Assembly (NCBI RefSeq): GCF_009914755.1
Contig: NC_060926.1
Strand: one strand, 5' to 3'
DNA: 64,000 nucleotides
Source of the DNA: the human T2T-CHM13v2.0 reference genome, Homo sapiens
Numbering within the stretch: the stretch's first letter is position 1; each line of letters starts with the position of its first letter. Under the pieces are notes generated by a model, which was given only the letters and a program-made list of their open reading frames with translations, did no database searches and was not told the origin of the DNA. This document shows, in pieces, positions 1-17,203 of the stretch. A program made the translations under genes and the position numbers.

Positions 1-1686
<1,686 letters not shown>

Positions 1687-2163
1687 TAGATTTTTTTTTC
1701 GCCTTAGTTATTCATTCTCAATAATTACATATTACAGAAAATCTGCTTTGTGAGTTATACAATTTGGCTGGTAGTGAAAGGTGACCAGCTGAGTTCTGAT
1801 TACCGTGTCCCACACCACCACACTAAAGGCCAGGGTACATGTATGACCCCAGAATTGTCTGACAAGCAAGGCCTGTGCTTCTCCTCTTGGATTCATTCCA
1901 TTCTTCCTCCATTCGCTTGGGATATCCCCAATGGAGGGGACTTGATCTGTCTGGTTTCATCAGGAAATCCTCAATATTGGAAACTCCTTCTTTCATAGGA
2001 CCAGGAGTTGTCCAAGAGTAAGGTCTCAGTGCTTCAAATCCATCAGAGATTTCCCAGAGAGGTATTTCTATCTGTCCACTGGAATGGGATCATTGAAGAG
2101 TGGGGGCTATGTCTACTCCGAGGCTGAATACTTTTTTTCTAAATACTTTAATATTTTTACCAC

Positions 2164-2893
2164 TGTCAACAGAAAACAATCAAGAGGCTCAGACTCTAAT
2201 CTAAAGAGAGTTTATTCAAGCACAAAGTGTAAGGACTGCTGCCTGGGAAGCACAGATTCCAAAGAATGAAAGAAAGTCAGTGTTCTGAAGTGTAGAAGGT
2301 TGGAATTGTTTACATAGATAAAGTTTAGGGAAACTTAACAGAATTTCAACATCTTTCTGTTTTTGTTTTGTTTTGTTTAGAAACACCCTGTTGCCCAGGC
2401 TGGAGTGCAGTGATGCAATCATAGCTCACAATGGCCTCGAACTCCTGGGCTCAAGCCATCCTCCCGTGTCAGACTCCCAAGTAGCTGGGATTACAGGTAT
2501 GCACCACCATGCTTGGCTTCAACATCTTTCTATATAAGGCTTAATGCGTAGTTACAATGATTCTATTAGCCAAGGGGGACTTTTCCTTTTGGGAAAGGTA
2601 TTGTTAACATCCCACAGTGAAGATGTAAATCATGGGGTATTTTGCACCATCTGGTCTCAGTGATGTACAGGACAATGAAAGAGGCAGTAACTCTGCAACA
2701 TTTTGTGATTTGTGATTGGAAGTGGAGAGGTCTAGTCTCTGATCTCTCCTAGTCATTTACAGAATAAGAACAATGAGGAAGAGAGTTAATCTATAATCTA
2801 AGAAACAGAATGGTAATCATGCTATGTGACTCAGTCTCCAGGGCTTATGGCAAAATAAATTTAGGTGGCCCTGAAACTTTATTTTCTTTTACA
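2164..2893 (-). mobile_element. ERV1 (MER4-group) solo LTR with internal Alu monomer
   Basis: TG...CA ends, reverse AATAAA (tttatt ~2210), flanks ccac/ccat. Confidence 0.6.
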
Positions 2894-3057
2894 CCATCAT
2901 AGTTCTAAAATGGATTGCTTTTCCCTGACTTCTTTTTTTTTTTTTTTTGAAATGGAGTTTCACTCTTTCACCCAGGCTAGAGTGCAGTCGCGCGATCTTG
3001 ATTCACTGCAACCTACATCCCCTGGGTTCAAGCAATTCTCCTGCCTCAGCCTCCTGA

Positions 3058-3243
<186 letters not shown>

Positions 3244-3367
3244 TGAAAAGAATTCACTGAGTATCATTTAACCTTTCTTTGATAATTGAAAGCTATAGTC
3301 ATACATACCAATGGCTGTAGGGTGATGTCGTGATTGGGGCCATGTAAAGCATGCAGGTTGTTTATGC

Positions 3368-3982
3368 TGAAGGCAACCAAAAATATGCCACCCCAAAATA
3401 TACTTCTTTGGCATATTTTGAGATGGCTATTCTGAGGGGCTGCAAACACGAGAATAGTCCTGAAAAACTGTCTTTTGTGGGGGAGACTTGCATCTGTAGA
3501 GGAAATCAACGTTAGTGGAGTGAAGTAAACAGCAGATGCGAACAGGCTTTCTCTGAAGCCCCCTTATCCGAATTTAGGAAAGGCTGACTCACAGGAAAAG
3601 GAGAGCAAAGGTCTGGCAGACACCTTACCCCAGGCTGCCACCTATTTTTTCTGAGAGCTGCTACCTTTTGGGGTTTTATCTGCATAAAAAGACAGCCTTT
3701 CCCTGCCTTGCTTTCCTCCCTTCATTGTTCCATAACCCATGAGGCTACCTCCATCCCAAGAGTCCCCAAACCCCTATCATTTCTGTAATCTCTGAATGGT
3801 ATTAAAACTTCAGCCATCTGACCCCTCCTTTGAGTCTCATACTGTGTGTATAGCTCCTATGATCATATGCACATTAAGTTTGTATACCTTTTTCTCCTAT
3901 TGGTCTATCTTTTGTTATAGAGGTATCCCAGCTAAGAAGTTATTAGGATTGAGAAAATAAATTATATTTTTTCTCCCTTTCA
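3368..3982 (+). mobile_element. MER34-like ERV1 solo LTR
   Basis: Starts TGAAGGCAACCAAAAATATGCCACCCCAAAATATACTTCTTTGGCAT, typical of MER34/MER39 group; ends ...CCCTTTCA. Confidence 0.65.
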
Positions 3983-3991
3983 ATACCCTGC

Positions 3992-5612
<1,621 letters not shown>

Positions 5613-5629
5613 CTGCCCTAATGTCTTGA

Positions 5630-5860
<231 letters not shown>

Positions 5861-7171
5861 TAGTAGAGAGGGGGTTTCACCAGGTTGGCCAGGCTGGTCT
5901 CGAACTCCTGACCTCAGGTGATCCACCTGCCTCGGCCTCCCAAAGTACTGGGATTACAGGCGTAAGCACCGCACCTGGCCCTCTTTGGCATATTTCAAGA
6001 TGGCTATTCAGAAGGGCGGAAATACACAAAGAGCTTAAAAGCCATCTCCTTATGAGAAAGATTTGCATCTGCAGCAAGAATCTGCATTGATGCCACCAGG
6101 CTGTTTCTGAAGCCCTCCCCTATCTGGATCTGGGCAAGATTAGAAAGTCTGACACCTTAAAAGTCTGAAAGAAACATCTACCTTCTATTCTTTCTGAGGG
6201 CTGCTACCTGTAAGGTTTCATCTGCATAACATGTTCTCCCTATCCCAGAACGTGTTTTGCCACAATCCAAGGTGGCATTCCTTCTGTAACCTCAAGATGG
6301 TACACAAGCTTCTGAACCCCATGAAAGGGTGGGAGTAATCACTCTGTGGTTCTCCTTGTGCACATTAATAAATCTGTACGTCATTTCTTCTGAGAAAAGA
6401 AAAACAGCTGACAGAAGTCTGAGCTGTGTGAGATATGCAGGTCCAGAGAGACACGAGTATGGGACTTCAGTCACACCTCACCACATGCATCCATGTCTGA
6501 GGGCAATTGCTTAAAGTCATTTTGTTCCTGATTAGCTGCCTCATCCATTATCTTCATGTCCCTGGACAAAGAACAATGGATAGCCAATCAATAGCTTATG
6601 TTATTTAAATGTAAATTCTTGGTAAAGAATTTAGGAACTGCCTCTTCTTTTCCTTTAAAAATCAACTCGTATCTGTTGCTAATCAGAGGGCAACTTGAAT
6701 CTATGCTCCCAGGTTGGAGTCCTCAAGCTTGGCCCAAATAAACTCTACTTACATTATGTTGGCCTCAGCTTCTTCCTTTTAGGTTGACTAATCTGGTGAA
6801 ATTGGCAGGATTCAAAGTAACTCCCCTCAACCACCCTGTGTTTCTCTCTGAAAGTGATACTGGGTACCAGCATGAACATTCCCTCCAGTGTCCCATCTGA
6901 TGTTTTGGGTGAGTTCTCCTGAATTAGAACCTCCCACTCTTTGATTGAAGGTCCAAACGTTGTTTGAACTATTTTTCAAACCCTCTCTGTCCTGGGGAGA
7001 GCTTCGGGCTTTGCCTTTGAACAGGACCTTTGAGTAAAAAGCTCTTCAGGGAACTACCTTTTTTCTCCCTCTGCCTTGGGATCAGGGGTTCTGGTCAAAG
7101 TTTTTCTACCCCTGTGACACAGCAGAATTTTTGATCAAAAGATTGACAGTTAGGTACTGGTGGTTTCATTT

Positions 7172-7819
7172 TGTTGGGGCTCAGAAACCAATACCCCAAA
7201 AGATAGCATTTTGACAGATTGAAATTGAGAAGCCTCAAGGTCTCTCTGACCTCTCCCTCCCACCACTGTCTCCCCTGTAGAGGCTGAAGTTCCTTTATCT
7301 GCTTAAGATCCAGACCCACCAAGGAGAACGATTGTTTTTTGCTTCCCCTCCCTGTTTTCTCATTATCTATTGCAGAAAATAAGACCAAGGCGTAAACACA
7401 CCTGAACAGACCCGTTTTAATGACAGTTTCCAAGGATCATTTAAATTTCAAAGCGAACTATTTACAAGTTCATCTCTGTTGCCAGATCCATTCATTCTCC
7501 CTAATAATCCCCTCAACAGAATTCTTCTTCTCCCCACCTCCATAACCTGTTTTGCCAGGATCGAAGTCCCCATTCTTTCTGTAACCTCAAGATGGCATAT
7601 AACCTTCCATTTGTGGAGAGTTCTTAGCATGAGAGAGAGAGAGAAAAATAAGATGGTATCTGAGCTTCTGTACTCATTAGGAGGTTGGGTCTTCATGCTG
7701 AAGGCTCCTGTGTATACACGTCAAACAAATCTGTATGGCTTTTCTCCTATTAATCAATCTGCCTTATGTCAGTGATTTTTCAGCAAACCTTTAGGGGACC
7801 AAGGGCTTTGGCCCCCATA
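7172..7819 (+). mobile_element. MER39-like solo LTR nested in provirus
   Basis: Starts TGTTGGGGCTCAGAAACCAATACCCCAAAA; MER39-type tail ...AACCTTTAGGGGACCAAGGGCTTTGGCCCCCA. Confidence 0.7.
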
Positions 7820-8913
7820 GTTTCATAGAGCATGCTTTTAAGATTGCAGCTCAGCCAGGCACGGTGCCTCACATCTGAAATCCCAGCACTTTGGGAGGCC
7901 AAAGTGGGAGGATTGCTTAATCCCAGGAGTTCGGGGCTGCAGTGAGCTGTGATCACGCCACTATGCTCCAACCTGGCCAACAGAGCACGACCTTGTCTCA
8001 AAAAAAAGAAAAAAAAAAAAGGTGGCTGCTGTTTTCCATCACTTGAAAATGTGGACTTAGCCTTTCATTTGTGACCAGTTCCTGTTAGTTCCTAACTGAA
8101 ACGTGTACCCCCTTTTTGCTCTTCTGGACACGTATAACACGTCTGGTTTCCCATGCCTTGATCACTGTGCTGCCACATGGTAGTTAGAGACAGTGTGAGA
8201 CATGTCACACTTTGACCTTAAACACATTCCCCCATTGGCCACTTTTGAAAAGTTCTTAAATTATGGGAAATCAGCTTCAAAATCTAAGCACTCTTTTTAG
8301 AAATACCAGCTGGATTTACGTATAACCCTTACAGGTGTCTTCTTGTAAATATCTAGGAAAAGTGGGCTCGCTTAACCTGGGACACTCAAAAGCAGCAGAA
8401 GCCAAAGTAGGGATCTTCTGAAATGTCTGAAATAATTCAGCTGGGTGCCATGGCTCACACTTGTAATATCGGCATTTTGGGAGGCCGAGGTGAGAGGACC
8501 ACTTGAGCCCAGGAATTTGAGACCATCCTGGGCAACATAGTGAGACCTTTTCTCTACAAAAAATAAAAAAATAAGTGGGAGGATCACTTGAGCCCCACAG
8601 GTCGAGGCTGCAATAAGCCGTGATCACACCACTGCACTCCCGCCTGGGTTGACAGAGTGAGACCTTTCCTCAAAAAATAATAATAATAACAATAATTCAT
8701 TTGCATTCACAACTAGAAAAAAAGCTGGTTTTAAAACCAGACACACTGAATGGGAGACCTAATTTATGTTTTTCCTGGCTGAAATCTGATAATAAGAGAT
8801 TCAAAAAGATTCTTTTTGAGAGTTCTATGGGAAGAAGTCATCTTCACTAAAAGTTGATATTTAGTACTGGGAGCAGTGGTTCACTGCTACAATCCCAACA
8901 CTTGGCGAAGAAT

Positions 8914-9475
8914 TGATAGCGGCAGGAGGCAGGCCAATGTCTAGGCAGATGGAGGTGGGGTCCCCTGTGAAACCCCATCTTCAATCCAAAGAGTTTAAAG
9001 CCTGAAAGCCAAGCTACAAGTCAAGTCTACAGACTGGGTTGGGAATCTCTCTTCCCATTTGGTGCACTTTCCTCTGTTTGATCCTCACCGTTCACCTATT
9101 TTACATATCCTACCCTTCCCTAATTGTTTTTTTTACACTGTCTTCCCCACCTTTGAGTGGTGTCTTTCTTTTGGGTCTTTTGCATACTCACAAACCAGTC
9201 ACCACACACAAACCACACACCACACACAAACCACACACCACACACAAGAACCTGGGACCCACCAAACAGTAGGGGATGAAAGGAGCTGTAAGCTGTAGCC
9301 CTCCCATCCTTTGCCAGTGCCAGGCAGCTGCCCCACATGATGGGAAGCGGCTTGCAGAGCCAAGCCAGCTGGGAGCCATGGGCTGGAGTGGGGTGGTGGG
9401 AAGAAATAAGCAGAGGCCCTGACAGCCACAGAAGTTTCCAGCTGGCAAAGTGAGGCTGAGAAAAATCCTGCATCA
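8914..9475 (+). mobile_element. LTR27/LTR1-family ERV1 solo LTR inserted inside an Alu
   Basis: TGATAGCGGCAGGAGGCAG...AAAAATCCTGCATCA; Alu left arm continues across it; flanks GAAGAAT / GAAAGAAT. Confidence 0.7.
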
Positions 9476-11368
9476 GAAAGAATGAGGCAGGAGGATTACT
9501 TGAGGCCAGGAGTTCAAGACCAGCCTAGGCAACATAGCAAACCCCGTCTCTACAAAAAATGTTAAAAAAAAAAAAAAAATATATATATATAGTCAGGCAT
9601 GGTGGCACAGACCTGTAGTCCTAGCTACCCAGGGGGCTGTGTTAGGAGGATCGTTGAGCCCAGGAGTTCAAGGTTTCAATGAGCTGGAGATCGTTGAGCC
9701 CAGGAGTTCAAGGTTTCAATGAGCTGGATTATGCCACTGCTTTCAGTCTGGGTGACAGAGCAAGACCTTGTCTCAAAAAAAAAAAAAAAAAAAAAAAAAA
9801 AGCTGATATTTAGGCTATAATTTTTTTGAGAATAAAATATTTCTTCTTTTTCCTTTTTTGGATTCTGTTTCTGGGATTTTTCTCAGTCAGCTAAAGCCCC
9901 TTTTTAAATGTGTTTGATCCCACTGTTTGCTTCCTATCTTATTGGCATGATTTTTGCTGAGAAAAATGTAAAACTTCATTGGCCTTTTTGAAAGCGGAAA
10001 ATCTTCCCAAATTGGCTCCTCTAAGACTTGTTCTTCTATTTTCTTCCACATCTGCTTCTCCTTCCTTTTGTCATTTTCAATACCACATGAAGCTTAGAAG
10101 AGACTTCTAATGACCCTGAGACCCCTTGAAGAACACAGAACACAGCACCACTCACCTGCTTTTTGGAGTTTCTGTTTTCCTTATGGAGTCTGAAGTGTTG
10201 TGGGCAATTTCTTTCAGGTCTAAAGCTCTATTCCTTTTTGCATTGTATCGCCTAATCTCTTTGGTTTTAGTGGGTTCCATGAGTTGCTTTGTGCTGTGAG
10301 CGGGAACCTGACGTTTGTGTGTGCACTGGTTGACAAGTCACTGGTGAAGGCTGCAGTTTTGGAAATGGCTGACAGGGGATACAATGAATGGTTGCTACTG
10401 CAGGCAGGGCACACTTTTCTTTGTGCATTTAGATGAGAAAGGCATCATTTGAACACTTCAAAGGTGTAAGACTGCTCATCATTGAGGGATAAGACTCCCA
10501 TGGGGGATAGGCTAGAATGGGTTTATTGGGTCACCCACCGCATGGCTGGTCTCATGGCATTTCCAACTTTTGGGGACCCAGGATGCAGTAAAAATGGGAC
10601 CCTTGATTTTTAAAAATTTCGATGCCCTGCCTTCCAGTTGTGCCTGCTTTTCACATTTAAATATTTGACCCTGAAGACTACAAATGCTTCCCTTGCCCTA
10701 TTCACTAAAGGGTTCCACCCTAAAGTCAGTAATCTAATTAAGCAGAAACAAGCTAAATTGAAAAGACCACCTATCTAACTAGATTGGTATTTAAAATAAG
10801 ACCTGTGGCATTTAGCTGGCTATTTTGTAACACTTTGTAAAATAAATATCTGTAAAGGAAATCTCAATTTTTAAGAGCATCGTCCTACACTCAAGCCACA
10901 AGAAAACTTTTATAATGGGAAAGATATTGCTTAAAGTTTACACAACAGGCTGGGCATGGTGGCTCACGCCTGTAATTCCAGCATTTTGGGAGGCCAAAGT
11001 GGCCAGATCACTAGAGGTCAGGAGTTTGGGACCAACCTGGCCAACATGGTGAAACCTCATCTCCACTAAAAATTAGCCAGGTGTGGTAGCCTGTAATTGC
11101 AGCTCCTCTGCAGGCTGACGCAGGAAAATCATGTGAACCCAGGAGACGGAGGTTGCAGTGAGCGGAGATTGTGCCACTGCATTCCAGCCTGGGTGACAGA
11201 GCAAAACTCCATCTCAAAAAAAAAAAAAAAAAAAAAAAAAAAGAAGACTTTTCCAAAAGGAACACCTGTAAGTCCAAGAGAGCCATGTTAGGCTTATCTG
11301 GTATGTTAAAAGTGTACAGGAAACACTGTCAAGTAAGAAATATTTGTATAACTATGTTATTGATATGT

Positions 11369-13937
11369 TAATATACTTTGGATCAGTGTCCCCAACAAAT
11401 CTCATGTTAAATTGTAATCCCCAGTATTGGAGATGGAGCCTGGTGGGAGGTGATTTGATCATGGGGGCGGAGTTCTCATGAATGGGTTAGCACCATCCCG
11501 TTGGAACTATTCCTGTGATAGTGAGTGAGTTATCATCAGATCTGGTTGTTAAAAGTTTGTAGCAACCCCCACCCTTCCTACTCCAGCCATGCAAGATGTG
11601 CCTGCTTCCCCTTCACCTTCCACCATGATTGTAAGTTTCCTGAGGCCTCTGAAGAAGCAGAAGTTGCTATGCTTCCTGCACAGCCTGCAGAACCATGAGC
11701 CAATTAAACCTCTTTTCTTTATAAATTACCTAGTCTCAGGTATTTCTTTATAGCCCATAATGGACTAATTGGTACTGAGGAGTAGGTCATTGCTATAAAG
11801 ACACCTGAAAATGCAGAAGCAGCTTTGGAACTGGGTAACAAACAGGGGTTGGAACAGTTTTGAGGGCTCAGAAGAAGACAGGAAGATGAGGGAAAATTTG
11901 GAACTTCCTAGAGACTTGTTAAATTGTTGTGACCAAAATGCTTATAGTGATATGGACAATGAAGTCCAGGCTTAGGAGGTCTCAGATGGAAATGAGGAAC
12001 TTTTTGGTAACTGGAGCAAAGGTCACTTTTGTTATGCCTTAGCAAAGAACTTGGAGGCATTGTGCCCCTGCCCTAGGGATCTATGGAACTTTGAACTTGA
12101 GAATGATGACTTAGGGTATCTGGTGAAAAAAATTTATAAGCAGCAAAGTGTTCAAGAGGTAGCCTGGCTGCTTCTAACCACTGATTCCCATATGCATGAG
12201 TAAAGAAATGATGTAAACCTGAAACTTATATTGAAAAGGGAAGCAGGATGGGCACAGTGGCTCATGCGTGTAATCCTAGAATTTTGGGAGGCCAAGGCAG
12301 ACAGATCACTTGAGCCCAGGAGTTCAAGACTAGCCTGGGCAACATGGACAAACCCTGTCTCTATAAAATAAATAAATAAATAAGTAGCCAGGTGTGGTGG
12401 CACACGCCTATAGTCTCTGCCACTCAGAAGGCTGAGCCCAGGAGGTCAAGGCTGTGCAAGGCAATGATTGTGCCACTGCACTCTAGCCTGAGTGACAGAG
12501 ACCCTGTCTCAAAACTAAATAAATAAAAAGTAAAAGGGAAGCAAAGCATAAAAGCTTGAAAAATTTGGAGCCTGGCCATGTGGTAGAAAAGAAAAGCCCA
12601 CTGGCCAGGTGTGGTGGCTCACGCCTGTAATCCCAGCACTTTGGGAGGCCAAGGCAGGGAGATCATGAGGTCAGGAGTTCGAGACCAGCCTGGCCAACAT
12701 GATGAAACCCCGTCTCTACTAAAAATACAAAAATTAGCTGGGTGTGGTGGCACATGCCTATAATCCCAGCTCCTCAAGAGGCTGAGGCAGGAGAATCATT
12801 TGAACCGAGGAGGTGAAGATTGCAGTGAGCCAAGGTCGTGCCATTGCACTCCAGCCTGGGTGACAGTGAGAGACTCCAACTCAAAAAAAAAGAAAAGAAA
12901 AGAAAAGGAAAGAAAAGCCCACCTTCGGGGAGCAATTAAAGCCAGCTGCATAAATTTTGCGTAACTAAAAAGAAGGTAAATGCTAATAGTGAAGACAATG
13001 GGGAAAGGGCCTTGAAGACATTTCACAGACATTCACCACAGCCCTTTTCATCAGAGGTCTGGAGACTTAGAAGGGAAGAATGGTTTCCTGGGCCAGGCCC
13101 AGGGCCCCATCACTCTGCACAGCCTCAGGACACAGCTCCCTGCATCCCAACCACTCCAGTTCCAGCCTTGGCTCAAAAGGTCCCAGGTACAGCGTGGGTT
13201 ACTACTTCAGAGAGTGCAAGCCAGAAGCCTTGGTGGTTTCCACAGAGTGTTAAGCATCCAGGTGTGCAGAGTGCAAGAGCTGAGGCTTGGGAGCCTCTGC
13301 CTAGATTTCAGAGGATGTATGGAAAAGACTGGATGTCCACTCAGAAGCCTGCCACAGGGGTGGAGCCCTCATGGAGAACCACTTCTGGGGCAGTGCGGTG
13401 GGGAAATATGGGGGTTAGAGCTCCCTCACAGAGCCCCCATTGGGCACTTCCCTGTAGAGCTGTGAGAAGAGGACCAATATCCTCCAGACCCCAGAATGGT
13501 AGATCCACTGACAGCTTGCACCCTGCACTTGGAAAAGCTGCAGGCACTCAACATCAGCCCTTGAGAGCAGCCCTGGAAAGCCACAGAAGCAGGACTGCCC
13601 AAGGCTTTGGAATACCACCCCTTGCAACAGTATGCCCTGAATGTGCGACATGGAGTCAACAGAGATTATTTTGGAGCTTTAAGATTTAATGACCACCCTG
13701 CTGGATTTCAAACTTGCATGAGGCCTGTAGCCCCTTTCTTTTGACCCATTTCTCCCTTTTGGAATGGGAGCATTTATCCAATGCCTGTACCCTCATGGTA
13801 TCTTGGAAGTAACTAACTTGTTTTTGATTTTATAGGCTCATAGGCAGAAGGGACTTGTCTTGTCTCAGATGAGATTTTAGACTTTGGTCTTTTGACCTAA
13901 TGCTGGAATAAGTTAAGACTTTGGGGGACTGTTGGGA
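11369..13937 (+). mobile_element. MSTA/THE1-type MaLR element: 5' LTR (~11369-11770) plus internal region, 3' LTR missing; two Alu insertions
   Basis: LTR tail ...TATAAATTACCTAGTCTCAGGTATTTCTTTATAGC..GGACTAAT followed by MaLR-int motifs (GGAACTGGGTAACA, TTTGGAACTTCCTAGAGACTTG); internal ORF remnant 13012-13689. Confidence 0.85.
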
Positions 13938-15540
13938 TTACAGGTGCACACCACCACTCCCAGCTAATTTTTTTTTTTTTTTGTATTTTTAGTAGAGATG
14001 AAGTTTCACCATGTTGGCCAGGCTGGTCTTTAACTCCTGACCTCAAGTGATCCACCCGCCTCTGCCTCCCAAAGTGCTGGGATTACAGGCGTGAGCCACC
14101 ATGCCCAGCCATGAACACAAGTTTCTGATAACTTTGGAGATCATATCATTGGATTAAGTTAAAACTTTCAGAATTCTAATAAACTGATGCATCATTCATG
14201 AATATTGCTAACCCAACATCAAGCAGAACAGGAATCAATTATATGGAACTGATCTGATAAAGGGATAAAATGGCTTTTATGACTTTTTATTTGAAACACT
14301 GCTGATTGCTTTTATATTTTGTTCTGCAGAATCAATAAAACTTTTGTCTTTTGAGTAATTTATAGCTTATAGACATAGAGTAAAAGATACATTTATTAGC
14401 AAAATGGAAACATTTACCTGTCTCTCTCTACCTGATTTCTCCAAAGTTTAAAAATTATTCATGAGTATTCTTATTTTATGGCAATCTAGTTATTAGCATA
14501 AGTTTAATAAGAATCTATTCTTCTTGTAAAAAAAAAAAAGAATCTGTTCTTCTTGTAACAAAGCACAGTTGGAGACACTGGTTGTTTTATTAAGGGTTTG
14601 ACTGAAATATCACATTTTCAGATATGACCAGACAGCTTTAAGGAACTAGGATTGACATTAGGAAGCCAATAAACACCCTTGGAAAAACTGGCCCCATACT
14701 TTAAATTTACAGTTCACATGGTTGCCTTGAAGTAAATAAAGAATGTCACTTTCTTTTTCTGATTATTATTTTTTTGAAACAGGATCTCATTCTATCACCC
14801 AGGCTGGAGTGCAGTGGCACTCCATCATAGCTCACTGCAGCTTTGAACTCCTAGGCTCAAGCGATCCTCCCATCTTAACCTCCCAAGTACCTGGGACTAC
14901 AGGCATGCACCACCATGCCCAACTAATTAAAAAAAAAATTTTTTTTTGTAGAGAAGAGGTCTCACTATGTTGCTCAGGCTGGTCTTGAACTCCTAGGCTG
15001 AAGCAATCCACGCACATTGGCCTCCCAAAATCTTGGGATTACAGGCATGAGCCACCACACCTGGCCAAGAATGTCACTTTCTGAGAGGCTCAGGAACCTC
15101 AGGATATTATGGACACCTGGAGAAAAGAGGAAATCACCCAATTTGTACATATATTACAGGTTCAGTCTAATGGTGAATCCTTGGCTTGGCTTCAAAGTCT
15201 TGAAGCTTTTAAAAGTCTAATTTGAAATTCCTTATGAAAGTTCTAGCAGGCTGGGTGCAATGGCTCATGCTTGTAATTGCAGCATTTTGGGAGGTCAAGG
15301 CAGGAGGAATGCTTGAGCTCAGAAGTTCAAGATCAGCCTGGGAAACATGGTAAAACCCTGTCTCTACAAAAAATACAAAAATTAGCTGGGCATGTTGGTG
15401 CATGCCTGTAATCTCAGCTACTCAGAAGGTTGAGGTGATAGGATCGCCTGAGCTCGGGAGGTTGAGGCTAGAGTGAGCTGAGATCATGCCACTGCACTCC
15501 AGCCTTGGCAACACGGTGAGACCCTATCGTAAGGTAAAAA

Positions 15541-15570
15541 AAGGTAAGGTAAGGTAAGGTAAGGTAAGTT
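15541..15570 (+). repeat. (AAGGT)5 pentanucleotide microsatellite at an Alu tail
   Basis: Direct reading. Confidence 0.95.
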
Positions 15571-16216
15571 AGTTCCAGCAAAGCCAACTTAAAAGAGCCT
15601 GTATGGCCATTACTATTCTTGTTGTACCTTATCAGGCAACATATAATACTAAAACTTGCTTTTGAGGCAGAGTCTTGCTCTGTCACCCAGGCTGCAGTGC
15701 AGTGGCACGATCTCGGCTCACTGCAACCTCTGCCTCCTGGGTTCAAGTGATTCTCGTGCTTCAACCTCCCAAGGAGCTGGGACTACAGGTGCACGTCACC
15801 ACATCCAGCTAATTTTTGTATCTTTAGCAGAGACAGGGTTTTGCCATGTTGGCCAGGCTGGTTTTGAACTCCTGACCTCAGATGATCTGCCCACCTTGGC
15901 CTCCCAAAATGCTGAAATTACAGGCATGAGCCACAGAACCTGGTCTGAGACAACTGTTTAAAGTCATTTTGTTCCTGACTAGCTGCCCTATCCATTATCT
16001 TCATGTTCCTGGACAAAGAACAATGGATAGCCAAACAATAGCTTATGTTATTTTAATGTAAATTCTTGGTAAAGAATTTAGGACCTGCCTCTTCTTTTCC
16101 TTTAGAAACATACTTGTAACTGTTGCTAATCAGAGTGTATATTCAAGGCAACTTGAATATATGTTCCCAGGTTTCAATCCTTAAGCTTGGCTCAATTAAA
16201 CTCTCTATTTATATTA

Positions 16217-16537
<321 letters not shown>

Positions 16538-16674
16538 TCAAAATAAACAAACAAAAATAATAATTTTGCCTCAGGTTCCTCTTTTTAGGTTGACATATCT
16601 GTTAATCTACCTTTTGTGAGTTGACTTGTCAGAAGGGGACGGGGAAGTTTTTTTTGGCCCACATGTGGCGAATG

Positions 16675-17203
16675 TGTTACTGGTGGGTCAGCAGCAACCT
16701 CAATTCCTGCCTCCTCAGAAGAAAGAATTTGAGTGAGGGGCGTAAGGCAGGTTTATGAGCAGGAGTGAAGGCAAGTTTTAGAGCAGGAGTGAAAGTTTGT
16801 TTAAAAAGCTTTAGAGGAGGAATGAAAGGAAGTCAAGTCCACTTAGAAGAGGCCCAAGCGGGTGACTTGAGAGATCAGTGTGCAGTTTGACCTTATGGCT
16901 AGGGGTTTTATACATTGGCACACTTCCAGGGTCTCGTTAATTCTCCCTGTTTCTCGTTGGGGTGGGCCGTCTGCATGTACATGCCTGAGGCCACTTGCCC
17001 AACTCCTGAGATCTTATCAGGAAGCTGCCGATCACCTGTTTCGGTGTTTTCTATCTATTAGGAGACTGTGCTTCCCTGGCGCTGGCTGTGACCAATTATT
17101 ATTTTAGAGAGACAGGTTGACAACTGCCTGACCATCACGATGGTCACCTGATATTTTTGGTGTGTGGGCTCTGCTTAGGCCCGACCAGCTCCCTGCTGTA
17201 ACA
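16675..17203 (-). mobile_element. ERV1 solo LTR (MER66-like)
   Basis: TGTTAC...TGTAACA ends; characteristic GACCAATTATTATTTTAGAGAGACAG segment. Confidence 0.6.

Noticed and set aside
9039-9473. Overlapping ORFs with TTHKPH/VCGVWF repeats
   Set aside because: Translation of an 18-bp tandem repeat inside an LTR
13012-13689. 225-aa ORF
   Set aside because: Remnant of the MaLR internal ORF inside a truncated, Alu-interrupted element
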